Assembly (NCBI GenBank): GCA_002633005.1
Contig: NMRA01000699.1
Location: 134,037-198,036 of the forward strand
Length of the DNA stretch: 64,000 nt
Origin: Phoronis australis
Lineage: Eukaryota; Animalia; Phoronida
Direction: 5' to 3'
Below, in pieces: positions 1 to 13,890 of the stretch. Position 1 is the first letter of the stretch. Each line of letters starts with the position of its first letter. The position numbers and the translations under genes are program-made. The notes beneath the pieces were generated by a model. The model was not told the origin of the DNA and made no database searches. It saw only the letters and a list, made by a program, of their open reading frames with translations.

Positions 1-1059
1 ATTTTTCAGGTTTTCACTGAAGCCATTTTCGGCCAAATTTGGCACTCTGTAGCAGCCATAACGCACCTTTCCTGAAATTGACTTTATAATAATTTGTTTA
101 GTCATTCATAACCTGTTCATTATCTAAAATAAAAAATCTTGCCTCTAATGTAGTTTTTACGTAGGAAGCATTACACGAACTGCACTTCGTCCTTTTGCAT
201 GTTCTCAGTTGCCTCTGTTGCCAATAGGGGGCTCTTGGAACATATAATTAGCTTGCGAAACACGACATAAAAACCTTGTATTTTGGAGAAAAATCAGACA
301 GCATTATTAATTACCATTCTATGAAAACGTCATTGATGATTATTCCTTATTACATAAAATATGTAACGTAAATCAACTGGCATGCGTGGTTCAAAATGAT
401 AGATGGCGCTGTTTTTGTTTACGTAGAGACTGAAGACGCATCTAGAATAAGAGCAGTAACACGAGGACCTTGCTATAATTCAAGACTTCGTGAGATATTG
501 CCCTGCATTTTAAATGAGAACACGTGGTTTTGGATAAATTTTAGAGAGGTTCTAGTGTTACTGAACTCACCCCTGCCTTGTTTTCTATCTGCCTTGTTCG
601 TACCACAGGCAAAGGAAGGCACCCAAGGTGGATATGGACCCCTAGTGTTCAGTGCAAAAAATCCTTCAACTTGTCAATAGTCATTGTAACTTTGGTTCAT
701 ATTGTATTGTCCCTGCTGGTTGCTACACATTTTAGTCGCCACCAGTCGCCAGAAATCTGGTGTTCCCCCCACACACCGGGCACCCTTACGCTGAATATTT
801 CTGTCAGTGTGATCATCAGTGGTATAAAAAGGTATATATTCACAGTCAATAGAAAGCAATTCACGAGAGACAATTTTATTAATGACTCATTCATGACAGA
901 CATGAAGTAAACAGAAGTAACGCTCTCCACTTCATATATCACACATCTTTGACTGGTATGCTACAAAACTAGGCTAAACGTTGAGCTCATTTACCACTTC
1001 ATTCAGTAAATCTGACGACATAACAGCATCTTCAGCAGAAATTGCATCGTCATAAACAT

Positions 1060-2245
1060 TGCTGCAGACAACCTTGAAAAAATCCACCAATATGCGATTC
1101 ACTTAATATCACAGGTAAACGCTTTACCAGTGGGTTCTCGTAATGTTTTCTCCATTTCGGCACTTCCGAGGGTGAAGTTTTTACCTGACTTATCTCCTTC
1201 ATCGAATATGTTCGTCAGAAAGTTCTTAACCTTTGCTGAAAATCTTGTTGACCTTTTACCTTTTTTCAATGCCTAACTTATTGCTTCAGCATCATCCAAA
1301 TAGTACTCTGAGGCTGCCTCAAATGACTCTCCTGTTCTTGCATCTGAGAGCATTTCTGACCACTGTCGTGCGATGTGGTCATACGTGGTTTCCCTCTGTA
1401 AATGTTCAGTATGGTTACCCACATCCAAATGCTGACCTAGTTCTGCGTCTGTAGCAAAAATATTCGAGTAACCTTGCTGGGTACAAGGGAACTTTTGCGG
1501 AGGCTCTTCACTAGATACAATGCCAACCTTAACTCTTGGTGTTGAGAATCCGCCATGTCTAGAGATGTTAGTGTATTTTAGAGAAATAGGTTTCCCATTT
1601 TCTCAGTATTTGTAAGAACTTATCGTCACCTACATGGAATGATTTTCACACGCGAATTCCTTGGGTGGAATAGTGGGAATTTGGGAATGTGCTTATACCA
1701 GGAACTGAGTATGTTGGAAAAGACTTTGTTGCATTGACTGAACATGCATACACATAACATCCCTTCACACGGCCACTGGAAAGTAATGCTTCTTTCAAAT
1801 CTAGAAAGTTTATGATATTGTTACCTTCGGCTACAAAGTACTTTGCATGTTGTCTGAGTGGAGCGATCTTGCGATCACAGAGATCCTTTCCATTCTGACT
1901 TTCACTAAAGTCATATCTCGAAACAGAAATGCCGATAGAATTTGACAAGGCTGCTACGTTCAGGAGGAGAGGAGCAGAGTGGTAACATCCAGCATTACCT
2001 GACTCTTCCATGACTGGTCCTTTTCAGTCAGAAATTCACTGACTCTGGGTAGTACGAGTGCGCACTCTGGCACAGGCCTTGCTTTGTGAGGTAGTTTCCT
2101 GTATCTCAAATGTTCAGTGGTGTCTTTGACATAACTCACTAAAGCACAAAGCTTTTGTGATCGGATTTTTTGCAGAATAAACTCTACAGGAACATGAAAG
2201 CCCATCGACATCGTCCGCCATTTTGTCTTTTTAAAATGCACTTGC
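1060..2245 (-). mobile_element. Degraded DDD-type DNA transposase remnant, probably Sola3-like
   Basis: ORF 1646-2011 reads (S)GNAGCYH...YDFSESQNGKDLCDRKIA. A frameshifted downstream part near 1080-1270 reads KRSTRFSAKVKNFLTNIFDEGDKSGK...FSRLSAA. This resembles the SDNAGCYH / SEPQxGKDxCDR transposase family as I recall it. Multiple stops and frameshifts. Confidence 0.6.
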
Positions 2246-5049
2246 TTCTCTCAAAACCAGTCAATACAAATATCAATTCTTACTCGTTTAATCTGAAAGG
2301 CATTTATTTCCATTTAAAATTTCTACAGAGTGTTTGAGTGTTTGAATTAACCTGATAATGTAAAATAAATGAAAGAATACAAGAGGGTTACACGTACATT
2401 TTTTTATATATCCTCAAGCTTAACCTCAACTGACTCCCTCAGTGGGCAAAGGTCATTGGGTTCAAGTTTGATACTAGCCGCGTAATAAACCCGGAAAACA
2501 TCTTGTTTTCATTTGAAAGAGTTTAGACTTGGTTTCTATAACTATTTAAAGCAGACTTCTTGCCTAAAAGTTTATTCAAATGGTCTGCAAACTCTGCTCG
2601 TCATTTCCAAATTATGAAAATAGACAGTTTTGCAAGACAATTTTCACTAAGGTGCAAAGTTGAGGCAAGATTTTTTATTACTCAGTCCTTAAGACTAACT
2701 CTTTAACTGTATGTTCAAAACGTCACATAAGGCTACAAGGTGTTTTATGGCAGTAAGAAGGTCACAAAAATGGCCACTAAAATTAGCCCCAAAAAGTGGT
2801 CTGTGGATTATCTCCCCTGTCTAGCACAAAACTGTCAAATTTTAATGAATGTCACAGAATTACGTACAGTATACTTTGGTTATTTCAGCCAACAAAATAT
2901 AGCTTTTGATCTATTTTGTATGTTACTCATTTTTGTTGCTGAAAACATGCGATTTTTGAGACGGCTAATATGCCCAATTGTGCCAATTTGTGTTATCATG
3001 CCCCAGCGGCGAAATTAGGGGTCATTGAGTGCACAAAATTTGGCATTTGGGTTTATGTTAGGATACCAACCCATGTACAAAAAATGAAGTTGTTTTAAAT
3101 TTTGACGTATAGACTGATTTTTGAAAATCTACTGGTTTTTATACATGTATGGACTGTCTCTTAAATGATTGAGGTTACTAAAATTAGCCTTCCACTTATG
3201 TGTAACTTGCTTCTTATGATAGCTCATTGTATCAATTGACCTAGAATTTAATTCAAATAACTGACGTACACGTATCTTGTGTTTGATTGTGACATTATGT
3301 GCTACTCCTAGTTGAAGAAAAACGAACACTCACGACAGCTTTTGAGGAAAAATTTCGATGTCTGACCGCGCTTTTAGTCGTGGGAAATCACCTAGAGTGC
3401 ATCGGCAACTGCCGAAATTCGCAGTTGGCCTACGTTAGCCACTAAGCCAGCAACCCTTCGGTTATAAACTAAGTTATTTTACAAAACTAGAATTTAAATG
3501 TATTAAAACTGACACTAAATTATGTGAAGGGCACTCAAACAACCTTCGTTTGTAAGCGAATAAACAGAGCTTCGGAATTTGTTCGGGAGCGTCCGTGAAA
3601 ACCCGGATGTTTACAAAGATCGTCTGCCTTGAACGTCACGTCATAATGTCCTTGAATTTGTGATGTTCTTGTTTTCTGGCATTTATGCCGTCGAATCACC
3701 ACTCGATAGCAATTTCATGTGATCAAGTGAAAGAAGGTACAAGTGTTGAGAGATTTGTTTGATGTTGATTTCTGAGGGTTCCATGCACATTTGAGTAGAA
3801 AATTCTGAATAAACCGATTTTTAGTGTCCAACGTTTATGTTTATTAGTAGTGAGTGACGTCAATGGTGATCGAGGAACAAAGATATTCAAGTGCCTGTGA
3901 TGCACAGCTGCAATCACTTCCCGAGATATGTCGCAAAAAGAAGAATTAGAGCGTAATCCAGTTTTCAAAATGAAGATTGCTTACACGTGTCATGACTACA
4001 TCACGTTAAATTCACTTTAGGTGGGCGTATATTGGTAATGCGCTGGTAATGCGATTGACGTTTCTTTTTATGAAGCATTCATTTACGTATATTGCCAATT
4101 GTCTCTTGTGCAATTAATCTATCGGGTGTCTCTAGTTCACAATTGTATGATTTGGACGGGTGATGTTTAAACACTGCAGCAGTCAATATTTAATAGTCAG
4201 TATTTGCTCGTGATCGCGCTTTCGCCTCTACCATCATTACTATTATATCTGTGATGTGAAAACCGACGTTTTGACGACTGTAAACGCCAACAGTTTTATT
4301 AACATGACTTGATCTGAAACATGCACTCATCTTCCTGAGTGGCATTGCATGCCCTCGCCTACAAATTTTTTTTTTCATATTGCAGAATTCACCAGTAAAT
4401 TGAAAGGGCATTTATTGTATTGGTGACTAAACCTTGTTTCAACAATCTACAAGGCCAAGTCCTCACTGCATATCAAAGCAAGTCCAGGCATAGGCGTATT
4501 GGGGTTGGGGTGCCATTGCCCTAACCATGTTTCGAAAAAGTGGTTCACTTTAAGCAAATCTCTAGTAAGAATAGTTGCAAACTTTTTAGCAAATGTACCA
4601 CAACAGACGAAGTAGTTGGTACTATTAGATGCGTGGCTAAGTGAGTGATAATTCCATACACCCCAAGTAAACTAGCACCTTGTGTTTGACTTCGAAGTTG
4701 AAGAACGCTGCCCTTTACTTTGGTTAGATTCAGATACATGTACACGTACGTACTACAGGACCTCTCCTAACTGGAACTAAGTTTTCACGGCCATCTTCAT
4801 TCTCGGGGAACTTCAAATACATGTACGAAATATATACCGTGCGGGAAAAATATTTAGCAGAACCACCTTGGAACCGCACAACCGCGCGTAATTTGGTTTA
4901 CTACTTATCGGCGGTCAACTGTTACGAGGTTGTTTCTCAAATCGAATCGTCCACTAGGCACAAAGCAGCTCCGTACGTGTACCCACATCCCTTTCATTCA
5001 CCGAATTGCCATAGTACTGCGTCAACAACGTGTACGTAATAAGATAGAA

Positions 5050-5370
5050 AGATGCCAAAGAAAACGAAAACCTGCCGTAGCTTTGTTCCTCAGACAGTTT
5101 GTTTGTCTGCATACGAACGAATGCAACGAGTCACCTCACACCTCTGTGCAAGCTACGAAAAGAGATGAAACCTCATCTAAATTCCTTAATTTGGGAAAGT
5201 TGGTATATTGCTGTTTTGATCTCATGCTCACGACTTGCTTTACCCACGGACCCGATTTCTGTATCCATTTCGTACTTGGGTTTCATATCAGTTTCCCAAC
5301 GCGTTGTGTGTCTAACAATGAACTCTTGAGCTACTTTAATGTGGAGCACAGTGCACCAGCTTGGCACACT
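5050..5370 (-). mobile_element. Possible Crypton-like (tyrosine recombinase-related) remnant
   Basis: Frame-broken translation gives KPKYEMD...LDEVSSLFVACTEV*GDSLHSF, weakly like the LDxxLxxFFAEVRKxDGxEYEPDSLRSF motif of Crypton-derived proteins. Very decayed. Confidence 0.3.
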
Positions 5371-6239
5371 TAATATGTTTGCTCCGTCCGTGACTTAGGT
5401 GGACTCGATAAATTAAAAGTTTTTTCTGTTAATTAAGTTACTTACGCACTGAAAATTCAGATGACAGTACGCGTGAATGTTGAAAATTGTACGTTGCTAA
5501 ATGGTGTATACATCTGTAGGTTACATTGATGGAAAACAAGTTTTCACTGAATAATTTAACCGAGGACCTAAAGACTTTCACCTCTCACGACTTCATGGAC
5601 TTGTTTTTCCATTCGGCAAATCGACTTAATTTGAACTTAGAAACACGAGATCTCGAAAACGGATCAGTGGATTTCGCCGAAACTTTCCAATTTATTCTGC
5701 AATCTCAAAAACATTGTTAGGGTTTTTAACATTAAGGCCTAGTAGTTTTTGCGTTGTGCAACAAAGACGAGTACGATTGCTATTGTTACAAAAATGCCTT
5801 GAGTTTTGTGAGTTCTTTTGTGATAAAAACCAAACGAAAAGACTAATAGAAAAATCCTAACAGTTTTTTTATGTAACTGGTGAATTTTTCATTTAAAAAG
5901 GTTTCATCAAAATCAAACCAGGGATTAATTTGCCATGAATGTACAGTACTTTTCTTACAAATAAAATTTGACTTAAAAAATGTTAGCGTGATTATAATAA
6001 TGGTACATAAATATAAAACATATTTTTACGTTTCCAGATCGTTTTTCTTTCAGAAAATGTATACTTTTAAGCTAGGATACTACAGAACCCAGTTACGTTG
6101 CATTTAGGGATAATTTAGTTTGTACAGTAGTAGCCTGAAAATGGCTGGAGTTGACGACCCATATCACAAAGTGACACCGTGACGTGAGTGACAGGACATT
6201 GTTCATACAAGTGATGTCGAGGAATTTTTTCACGAGCAG

Positions 6240-7360
6240 TCAGTGGGTAAGTAACGTTTGAGCCTGAGTATAGTGAGGCAGTATACGCACAGACAGCTAT
6301 TGAGAGGGATAAGGCAGATACTGAGGACAAAAATGTTGGGACTTCTCGGTACAAATGCAAGGTGTGCACTGTTATGTCGACGCTGTTCACACTGAATGGT
6401 GACCTGAGCACCTAACCGCTTACGTTCCACCATGTGACTCTCTCGCCACACACCTGGCTCCTTCTAAATAGCTCCAAGACTTTATTCAAGTCCGCAATAA
6501 ATTTATGAAAGTTAAGGTCACCGGCCTGTTTACTGGACGACGAACTGTCCTCTTCACTGTGTGTCGAACTGTGCCTGTATTCACTCCCAGTATTAAACAT
6601 CGTTGCTAGGCTGGTTACAGACTCTGGACTGCAGACAACCCCAGCAAAGGGCGAATCACTGCTAGTTGCCAGAATTGCATCCTCTGGGGTAGATTGGGAG
6701 GCACGGATGACAGTAGATGAAGGGCCTCTAATCAATGTAGAGGCCACAGCACGCGAGGGTTCTCGCTCCAATAATGCACTTCTTCGGCGGGTGACGGGGC
6801 ACTGCTAGGAATCCACAGCGACAGTATAACACCCTTCCCCGGGTTTCTTTTGCAGGAACCTTCATAAGTCCCTCACACATATCTCTTTCGCACTCCGACG
6901 GCAAAAGGTGCTTGCCTCACACATTCTCCACTGACTGGTACGTCGCGTGGACGAGTTACGCTGCGTTCTTCGCACCAACGAGCCAAGTACCGCGGAGAGT
7001 GTCATCTTTCGAGAAAGCGACGTAATAGCATACCCAAAGTGCAGGTTAGACGATAATGAATATACCCCGTCAAGCAGCAACCGTGCGACATGTAGGCTGA
7101 CTAATAAACAAACGAAACGTATGACCGATCTTGTCACAACCGAGGTAACATAATGACTGACTTCAGCGCTCGCACAGTGACACTATATGAAAACAAAATG
7201 GATGGAAATTCTCAACCTCCTGAACAGAACTTCTGGAGTAAGGCACGACTAATGAATTAAATTACAGGAAGCCGTTATTAACTAAAAAGCATGTCTGGGA
7301 TGATCAACCAACTACAGTTTTACTAAAAATGACATGAAAACAGGTTGTCTTGTCCCTTAA
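6240..7360 (-). mobile_element. Kolobok-like DNA transposon 5' fragment (TIR, THAP domain, start of transposase)
   Basis: Ends in ...CCCTTAA at 7360. Bases 7190-7360 are homologous to the ~150-bp TIRs of the 57601-60568 element. Decayed THAP-like peptide (LRRF..DDTLRGTW...GKHLLPSECERD), followed by KFIADLNKVLELFRRSQVCG...VTIQCEQ. Confidence 0.6.
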
Positions 7361-8213
7361 ATTTTCAACTGACTCTGAGAGGCCATTTCTGAGAGAAGAC
7401 ATTTTAATATTGAACATTTTGCTGGGGTCCTACATAAATTTAAAAGGAATGCACCCGGTTTTAGTGTGTCTTTCGTTAAATTGTGATTTCCTGGCCGTCG
7501 TAGATAAATTTCAAGCGAGTCAAATTACAGTGGGTCCTACTTAACTTTACAAGTTTTTCTGCATAATGAATTTTTCGGCCCAAATCATTCACAATGGCTT
7601 TGTTTGTGAGACGATTCACTGTGGACTGCTGGCGATTGCATTCTAGACTCCAAAACTATATACTCTTCGAAAGTTCATGATGCGTGCGACCCTGGTATAT
7701 TCCTGACGACGTCTTGTCTCCTTCGATGGGACGATGATGTCTACTAACAGGGTCGGGAACTCCAACCACGTGGGATTGTGTCTTCCTTGCTACGTTGTCA
7801 TCACTTTTATATCATGCCTACAACGTGAATCTGGCGCAACCTAGGTCATTGAGAGATTAAATCAATCCTTGGATGCAGATAATCTCATGTAACTCTCTCG
7901 GGGACTATTTTTTCACCTCCACAGGACCTCCGCATTTTCATTGCTGAACTCATGTACATGTATACCGCAAACAAAATCCCCTGGTCATGCAGCGCTTTGC
8001 TCGTGCGTAAGAAAAAGGGGAAGCTGCAGGTGTGCGTAGACCATCGGCAAATGAATCAGCAAATTGTTAAGGATGCATACACTCCTCCGCTTCAGTGCTT
8101 GACGTGAACTCCGCCTACCATAAAATAAAGCTATTTAGACACAAAAGGAGAGGCCAGTCTTCACAATGGGGCCCTAAGCATTACACGGATGGAACCGGCT
8201 GCCCATGGGTCTG

Positions 8214-8372
8214 CAGTGGCGGATTTAGGAAAGCCAAGGGGGCCATGGCCTCCCTCAAATTTTCCCAGACACCATTTGGCAGTTCGGAGGTGCGACTGTC
8301 TAACCGTCAAAATCCTGGCTAATACTCCATCCTGCCCCAAATCTCTAACTCAAAATCCTGGATCCGCCCATG
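8214..8372. mobile_element. hAT-type MITE (5-bp TSD family) inserted in the Gypsy RT
   Basis: Termini CAGTGGCGGATT...GATCCGCCCATG. It interrupts the PMGL|CN motif. Flanks GTCTG/TTGTG fit a decayed 5-bp TSD. Confidence 0.75.
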
Positions 8373-8408
8373 TTGTGTGTAATTCGCAAGCCACGTTTTT
8401 CAAGAAGT

Positions 8409-9229
8409 TTAAAGGATATGTTGAGTAACTTGCATTTTCGATTCTGCGTTGTTTGAATCAACTAGCTTCTAAGGCGGAGTAGTAGTATTTTTTAAAAGAA
8501 TGTAGATGGGCTCCGATTATTGCCACAGCGATTATATGTGCACAAGTTTAAACAAATTCGTAGAAAATGTGGGCACTTCTGATGGAATAGGTGATGCATA
8601 TGAGACACGTTGAGTCATCTGCTGGAATCGAGGTCACCCCGTCCAAACTAGAAAACACCAAGTCCTGGGAACAATCTAGGAATAAAGAAGAAATTCGAAG
8701 CTTTCTGGGCTTAGCCTGTTACAAACTTTCTCAAGGACTTCGCATCTTGCGCCAGACCGTTACGCGATCTGATGCCTACAGAGGTCAAGTATAAGACGAC
8801 GATTAGAGGCACTAAGCTNTTAAAGGATATGTTGAGTTACTTGCATTTTCGATTCTGCGTTGTTTGAATCAACTAGCTTCTAAGGCGGAGTAGTAGTATT
8901 TTTTAAAAGAATGTAGATGGGCTCCGATTTTTGCCACAGCGATTATATGTGCACAAGTTTAAACAAATTCGTAGAAAATGTGGGCACTTCTGATGGAATA
9001 GGTGATGCATATGAGACACGTTGAGTCATCTGCTGGAATCGAGGTCACCCCGTCCAAACTAGAAAACACCAAGTCCTGGGAACAATCTAGGAATAAAGAA
9101 GAAATTCGAAGCTTTCTGGGCTTAGCCTGTTACAAACTTTCTCAAGGACTTCGCATCTTGCGCCAGACCGTTACGCGATCTGATGCCTACAGAGGTCAAG
9201 TATAAGACGACGATTAGAGGCACTAAGCT
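8409..9229 (+). repeat. Near-identical ~411-bp tandem duplication joined at a single N
   Basis: 8409-8818 and 8820-9229 are almost identical and give identical ORFs (8591-8794, 9002-9205). N at 8819. Confidence 0.9.
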
Positions 9230-12200
9230 TCTGTGGAGTTGAGAGGAAAGACAAGAATCTGCATTTCAGAGAAGTTGAAAGAATTGCTGAAAACACCACC
9301 TACATCTTGGGTATGCAGACTTTCATATCCCGTTTGAACCGCACACTGACGTGGGTAGGCATCAATGATCGAATACCAAGAATAAGACTACAGCTAGTTG
9401 GCACACCAGCAAAGTTAGACGGCTTACATCGCGTTCAGATGTGAGAGACATGTATATGAAGTAGTCCAGCAAGTGCCACTACATCGCAACGAAATGTCGC
9501 GCCATTTTGAAGAAACGTTCGCCAGGGGGAGAAACGAAGGCAAGACTTCTATTTCAGAAAAGCCTAATGCCAGTACAAAATCAGACATTGAGATAACCTT
9601 CTGTCTGTAGAGTTGGTCTTTACGTGGCGTAAATGATAGGAATGCGTTTGTTGACCACGCGAACCTGTTGATTGCAAATATTTTCCACAGGTCAGACTGA
9701 AGTGTAGTACACATTTTGAGTTAAGAGATAGACTACATGTTTACTGTATGTTAAACGCAAAAGCGAGCGTCACAGTTCGGCATTCTTTGCTTAATACGTC
9801 ATAACGTTAATCTATATTTTCGCATTCTGTCTTGTCACAAGGCCTAAGAAACAAGCAAACATTTAAAAAAAATAAAATTCTGTTATTGGGGCTGTAGTAA
9901 TGGGTGGAAAGACCGTCTCCGCCGTTATTGTTTTTACCAGTGCGGTACTGAGGAGTCGTGAGGAAAGTCCGCGGAGAGCAGTCTTTTTGAGACGTGAAAA
10001 GGTGCGTTTGTGGAGGCTGTAGTAACAGGAATTTGACTGAGAATGTCTTTTTCAAGTTACCTAAATACATATACGTGAAAGTTGAACAGAAATGGCGTCA
10101 GTTTGTGCCATGTATTAGTGTGAAATGTCATTGTGGATTCATTTAGAAGTCACACTTTGTTCGGCATATTATAAAGAATCGTGTTTCGACCAAACACAAA
10201 CTAGACATCACGATGAAGGGCTCGTCACCTTGTAAGTGCATTTGCAAATTTCATGAAATAGTAACGCACAAAATTAACTCCTTCCATTCTAGAGCGAGTG
10301 ATGTTGGGACCTCAACCCCGGCCCAGAGTGAGTGCTACAACACGTAGGCTTATGCATTTTGTTTAGAACGTGCTTATTCCATCATACCAAAAGTGAACAC
10401 GAGCGACCCAGGTTTACTGCGCCTTCAAGTACTTGAGTGTGATGCCCGTACCTACTCTTCTCTGTACAGTTCTCGCTCAGTATTCTCCCTGTCTTCTGAT
10501 CTGTGTTCAGTCATTGCAATTGCTTTTCAAGTTACCAAACATCTTCCACCCGTTTAAAGTGACCTTGCACTACAAAGTAACTATTTAGTTATGGAAAATT
10601 AAAATATTGACTTTACTATGTAATTGCAGCCATTTTCCAAGATGGTCACCATTCAAAATTTCTTTGACTAAATTGGTTGATGCCGTTAAAGGCAAATAAC
10701 TCTGTCTCTAGCATGACCGAAGGTCTCAAAAATAGTTTCATGTCCATGGAACAGGCCCCAAAAAGGAACAATATTCAATTTGGGCCACTGCAACTGGGTC
10801 AATTAGTTTCCCAGCTAATGTAAACACAGGATCAGACCACTTTGGGCAGGAAGGGTTACCGCAAGAAAACAAGGTTTTTAAAGTGTAATTTGGCGACATT
10901 TAATAAAATAAAGTCCAGTGGATTACAAAATACAAATTAGTGGCTGACTCTTGCTCACAATAATTCAAAATTCTACGTTTGTATCAATAATTTTGAAAAT
11001 GAATTGCAATGACTCATCCCTATCTATATCCTTCACAGACACCTGCAGAGCAAAGATTTCCTCGACATCAAACCGCGTGATGCAACCCTGTCGGAGATCG
11101 TTCTCTTGCAGTTGCTGCACTCAGAACCATTGGCTTTGCAGGAACGATACACTGCTCTCTTAGTTAGCTCATTTAGACGGTTCTCTTCAAATCCTGCATG
11201 TTCCAACAGTAACCGGATTTACGATGGGTCGATCATCAAAGTCATAATGCGACGAGTTGCTGTTGCCAGACAACGACTCGTCACTGTCACGAAGCTCGTC
11301 CTAGTCTCCATCCACGAATTATTCTTCAATGATTTCAATTAATTGTCGATGATCTTGATCTGGCAGTCCGCGGCAAGATTTAATCAGATATCAGCTTAAG
11401 AGCGACCTGCCATTTCATTGTCTTCTCAACATGCCGTGACCTTGCGACCCACAATTTCACGCCCACTTTACAAGTTTCAGCGAATGAGGACAGCGATGTA
11501 TTAGGTTAAAAGGTCGTTGCTAGCTATTAAGAGTAGTGTGGGGCACTTCTGTTGAATTTACCCCGAATGCAATCAATAAAATTACGACTCTTCATTGGAC
11601 AAAAACTCCAAAGCCGACTACAGGCATAGTAAGCCGGGTTTCGTCTTTCTATTGATACATTGTATGTTTATGAATGAACTGGTTCAACGAATTCCTGAGC
11701 AATGCAGCCAGGAAAATCGGTAAATTTTGATGATTTTTTTGCGAATTATCCAGTCGTGGAGAATGTGTTGCTTTTCAAAATGAAATAAATAACGTTTGAA
11801 ATGAAGTTTGCTTGTTTTAAAGCCATATTTTGTGAAGTGGAATGAATAAATAATCATAATCTACAAGGAAAAAATTGACCTAGTTCTCACCGAAAGCGAC
11901 TGTTTGTTGTCTGGTCAGGAAATTGGGCGGGAAACATGCTAATACATGTAAATAATTTTTCTTCAAAAGAAAAAATCGCAACTAGTTGTTAGATTTTATG
12001 GTCCTCATTTCAGATTAGCTAACTGAAACAACAAAAACTAAGGAAATGCTTAGTGGGAACTATTTAAACACTTTCAAATCTCCTAAGAAATATCTTTATT
12101 TCAGCTGAACACAAGGATTGAACTATTACGTCCTTTGGTTTCATACTTTCTTGAAACACAAAGTCAATTAACTTGATACGTTCATTCCAGAGAGCTCTGT

Positions 12201-12383
12201 TCTGATACTAAATTACATCCATAATTTATAGAAAGTATGGCCTAAGTTTAATACAATGTAATGGCTGTTCCTGTTTTGATATTGGCGATAGTTAATTACA
12301 TGTAACTAGAGTGATTTATGTACATGGAAAGGAAATTTGTGAAATACCCTTGGAGCACCTGACAAATAATGTCAAGTTAATCG

Positions 12384-12418
12384 TCATTGCCATTGTCATT
12401 GTCATTGTCATTGTCATT
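12384..12418 (+). repeat. (GTCATT)n microsatellite
   Basis: About six hexamer units are visible. Confidence 0.85.
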
Positions 12419-13890
12419 TTGTAAAAAGCTGTATTTTACACTGTTTAGTTGTTTAAAATAAAACTCGAGGACTTTACTCTCACAAAATCTGTCTCAAAAT
12501 AGCTCTCACCGTGATAGTATTTCCATTGCCAACAGGAAGGTAAAAAACTATCAGTGACTCAAGATAACACGCCTCGGAGTTTAAGGGGTTGGAAAATCCT
12601 AAAATCTCTAAATGGCACATGTACATGCACACGTGCATTGCCTGTGACTTGAGTTGGTAACAGAAGTAAAATCCCATCACGGTAAGGGTGATCTTTACAC
12701 CGACCTTGTTAGAGTAAATGGCTTAATTCAATGCTTCCCGTTTGCCAGTCAGCTACATCGTGCGAAATAAAGCTTCATGTGACCGTCCTAATTATTTTCA
12801 GTCCTTAAACTATTGAAACCAAGATAAAATATGATCAACCAATAATAAGCAGAAATGATCGTGGTGGCAAAAAATGACAGTAAGAATCATGATAATATAC
12901 ATGTGCGTGTAATAAACAGCTGTTATCGTCAATCGGTAAATTTTACGTAAATGATGCGGGTACGTGTATCCTTAATAATATGTATGTGCATTTGGATTTT
13001 TAAAACCCGTCATGTCTGAGTATTAAACCCAAATCGCAAATACGAAACTGGAAAAAGTCAAGTAAACAGCGAAAAATCAGAACTGGAACTAATGAACTGC
13101 ATTCATCACGTGCTTTTGTTATGTAATAAGGAATTTTTCCTGTAGACAAAAAGCCAGGACAAGTGGTTCTACCCCATAACAATAGAGCCCAAGCCATGGT
13201 TTCAAAGATGACGCTGCTAAACATGGGTTTTTAAAGGCACTTTGGTGCACATATGCGGTATTTATGAGCTCGTGTGTATCTGGAAAGGTTCAGTGTATTA
13301 GAAATCCCGTGTCGTGTCAGTTGATGCAGGCATTGGCACGAATTTGGAATGACAATGACAGGGGTAAATTGAAACTTTCTTTTACTTAAAAACTGAATTC
13401 TTACAAGCACTTTAAACAAATCTCATCAGCACATTTACGATTGCTAATAGTCTATGCAGCTTCGGCAGCTCGCTCACAGCAAGACTTACATGTTAATTAA
13501 GCTTTAAGTATTAACTCTATAAATGCACAGCTGCCATTTTTATTATAAAAAATGACGTTTTCCTGGAAGGTGCAGCTGGTATAGATGGTTCCGATTTTTT
13601 TAACGAAGCTATTTAATTTATTAAATCAGTGCGGGAAATATAAACACTGCGATCTTCCACCCGCTTGGCCCACAACCATTCGTTTCTTGCGAAAGCCGAT
13701 GAATGTTTCTTCGTTAAGCCTGGAACACTTACAGCGCAGAGAGAGAGAGTTTAAGGCGCACTTACAATAAACAGTGGTTTAAGCCTCAAAAACAATATAC
13801 ATGTACTAGACATCAGCATCAGCTCAAATATGCCCGGAAATATACGTCATACGTGTAATAAACAAGGCCAGCTAAAACGAATCTACGGTC

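Larger units (their letters stand above)
7990..9350 (+). mobile_element. Ty3/Gypsy LTR retrotransposon pol remnant (RT and RNase H linker)
   Basis: Peptides VRKKKGKLQVCVDHRQMNQQIVKDAY, LDVNSAYHKI, NRLPMGL/CNSQATF, IEVTPSKLENTKSW...IRSFLGLACY and LGYADFHIPFEPHTD follow the canonical Gypsy RT order. Many frameshifts. Confidence 0.85.

Noticed and set aside
10950-11420. Possible second KolX N-terminal remnant on the minus strand (ECSNCKR)
   Set aside because: Only one short cysteine motif; too decayed to support.
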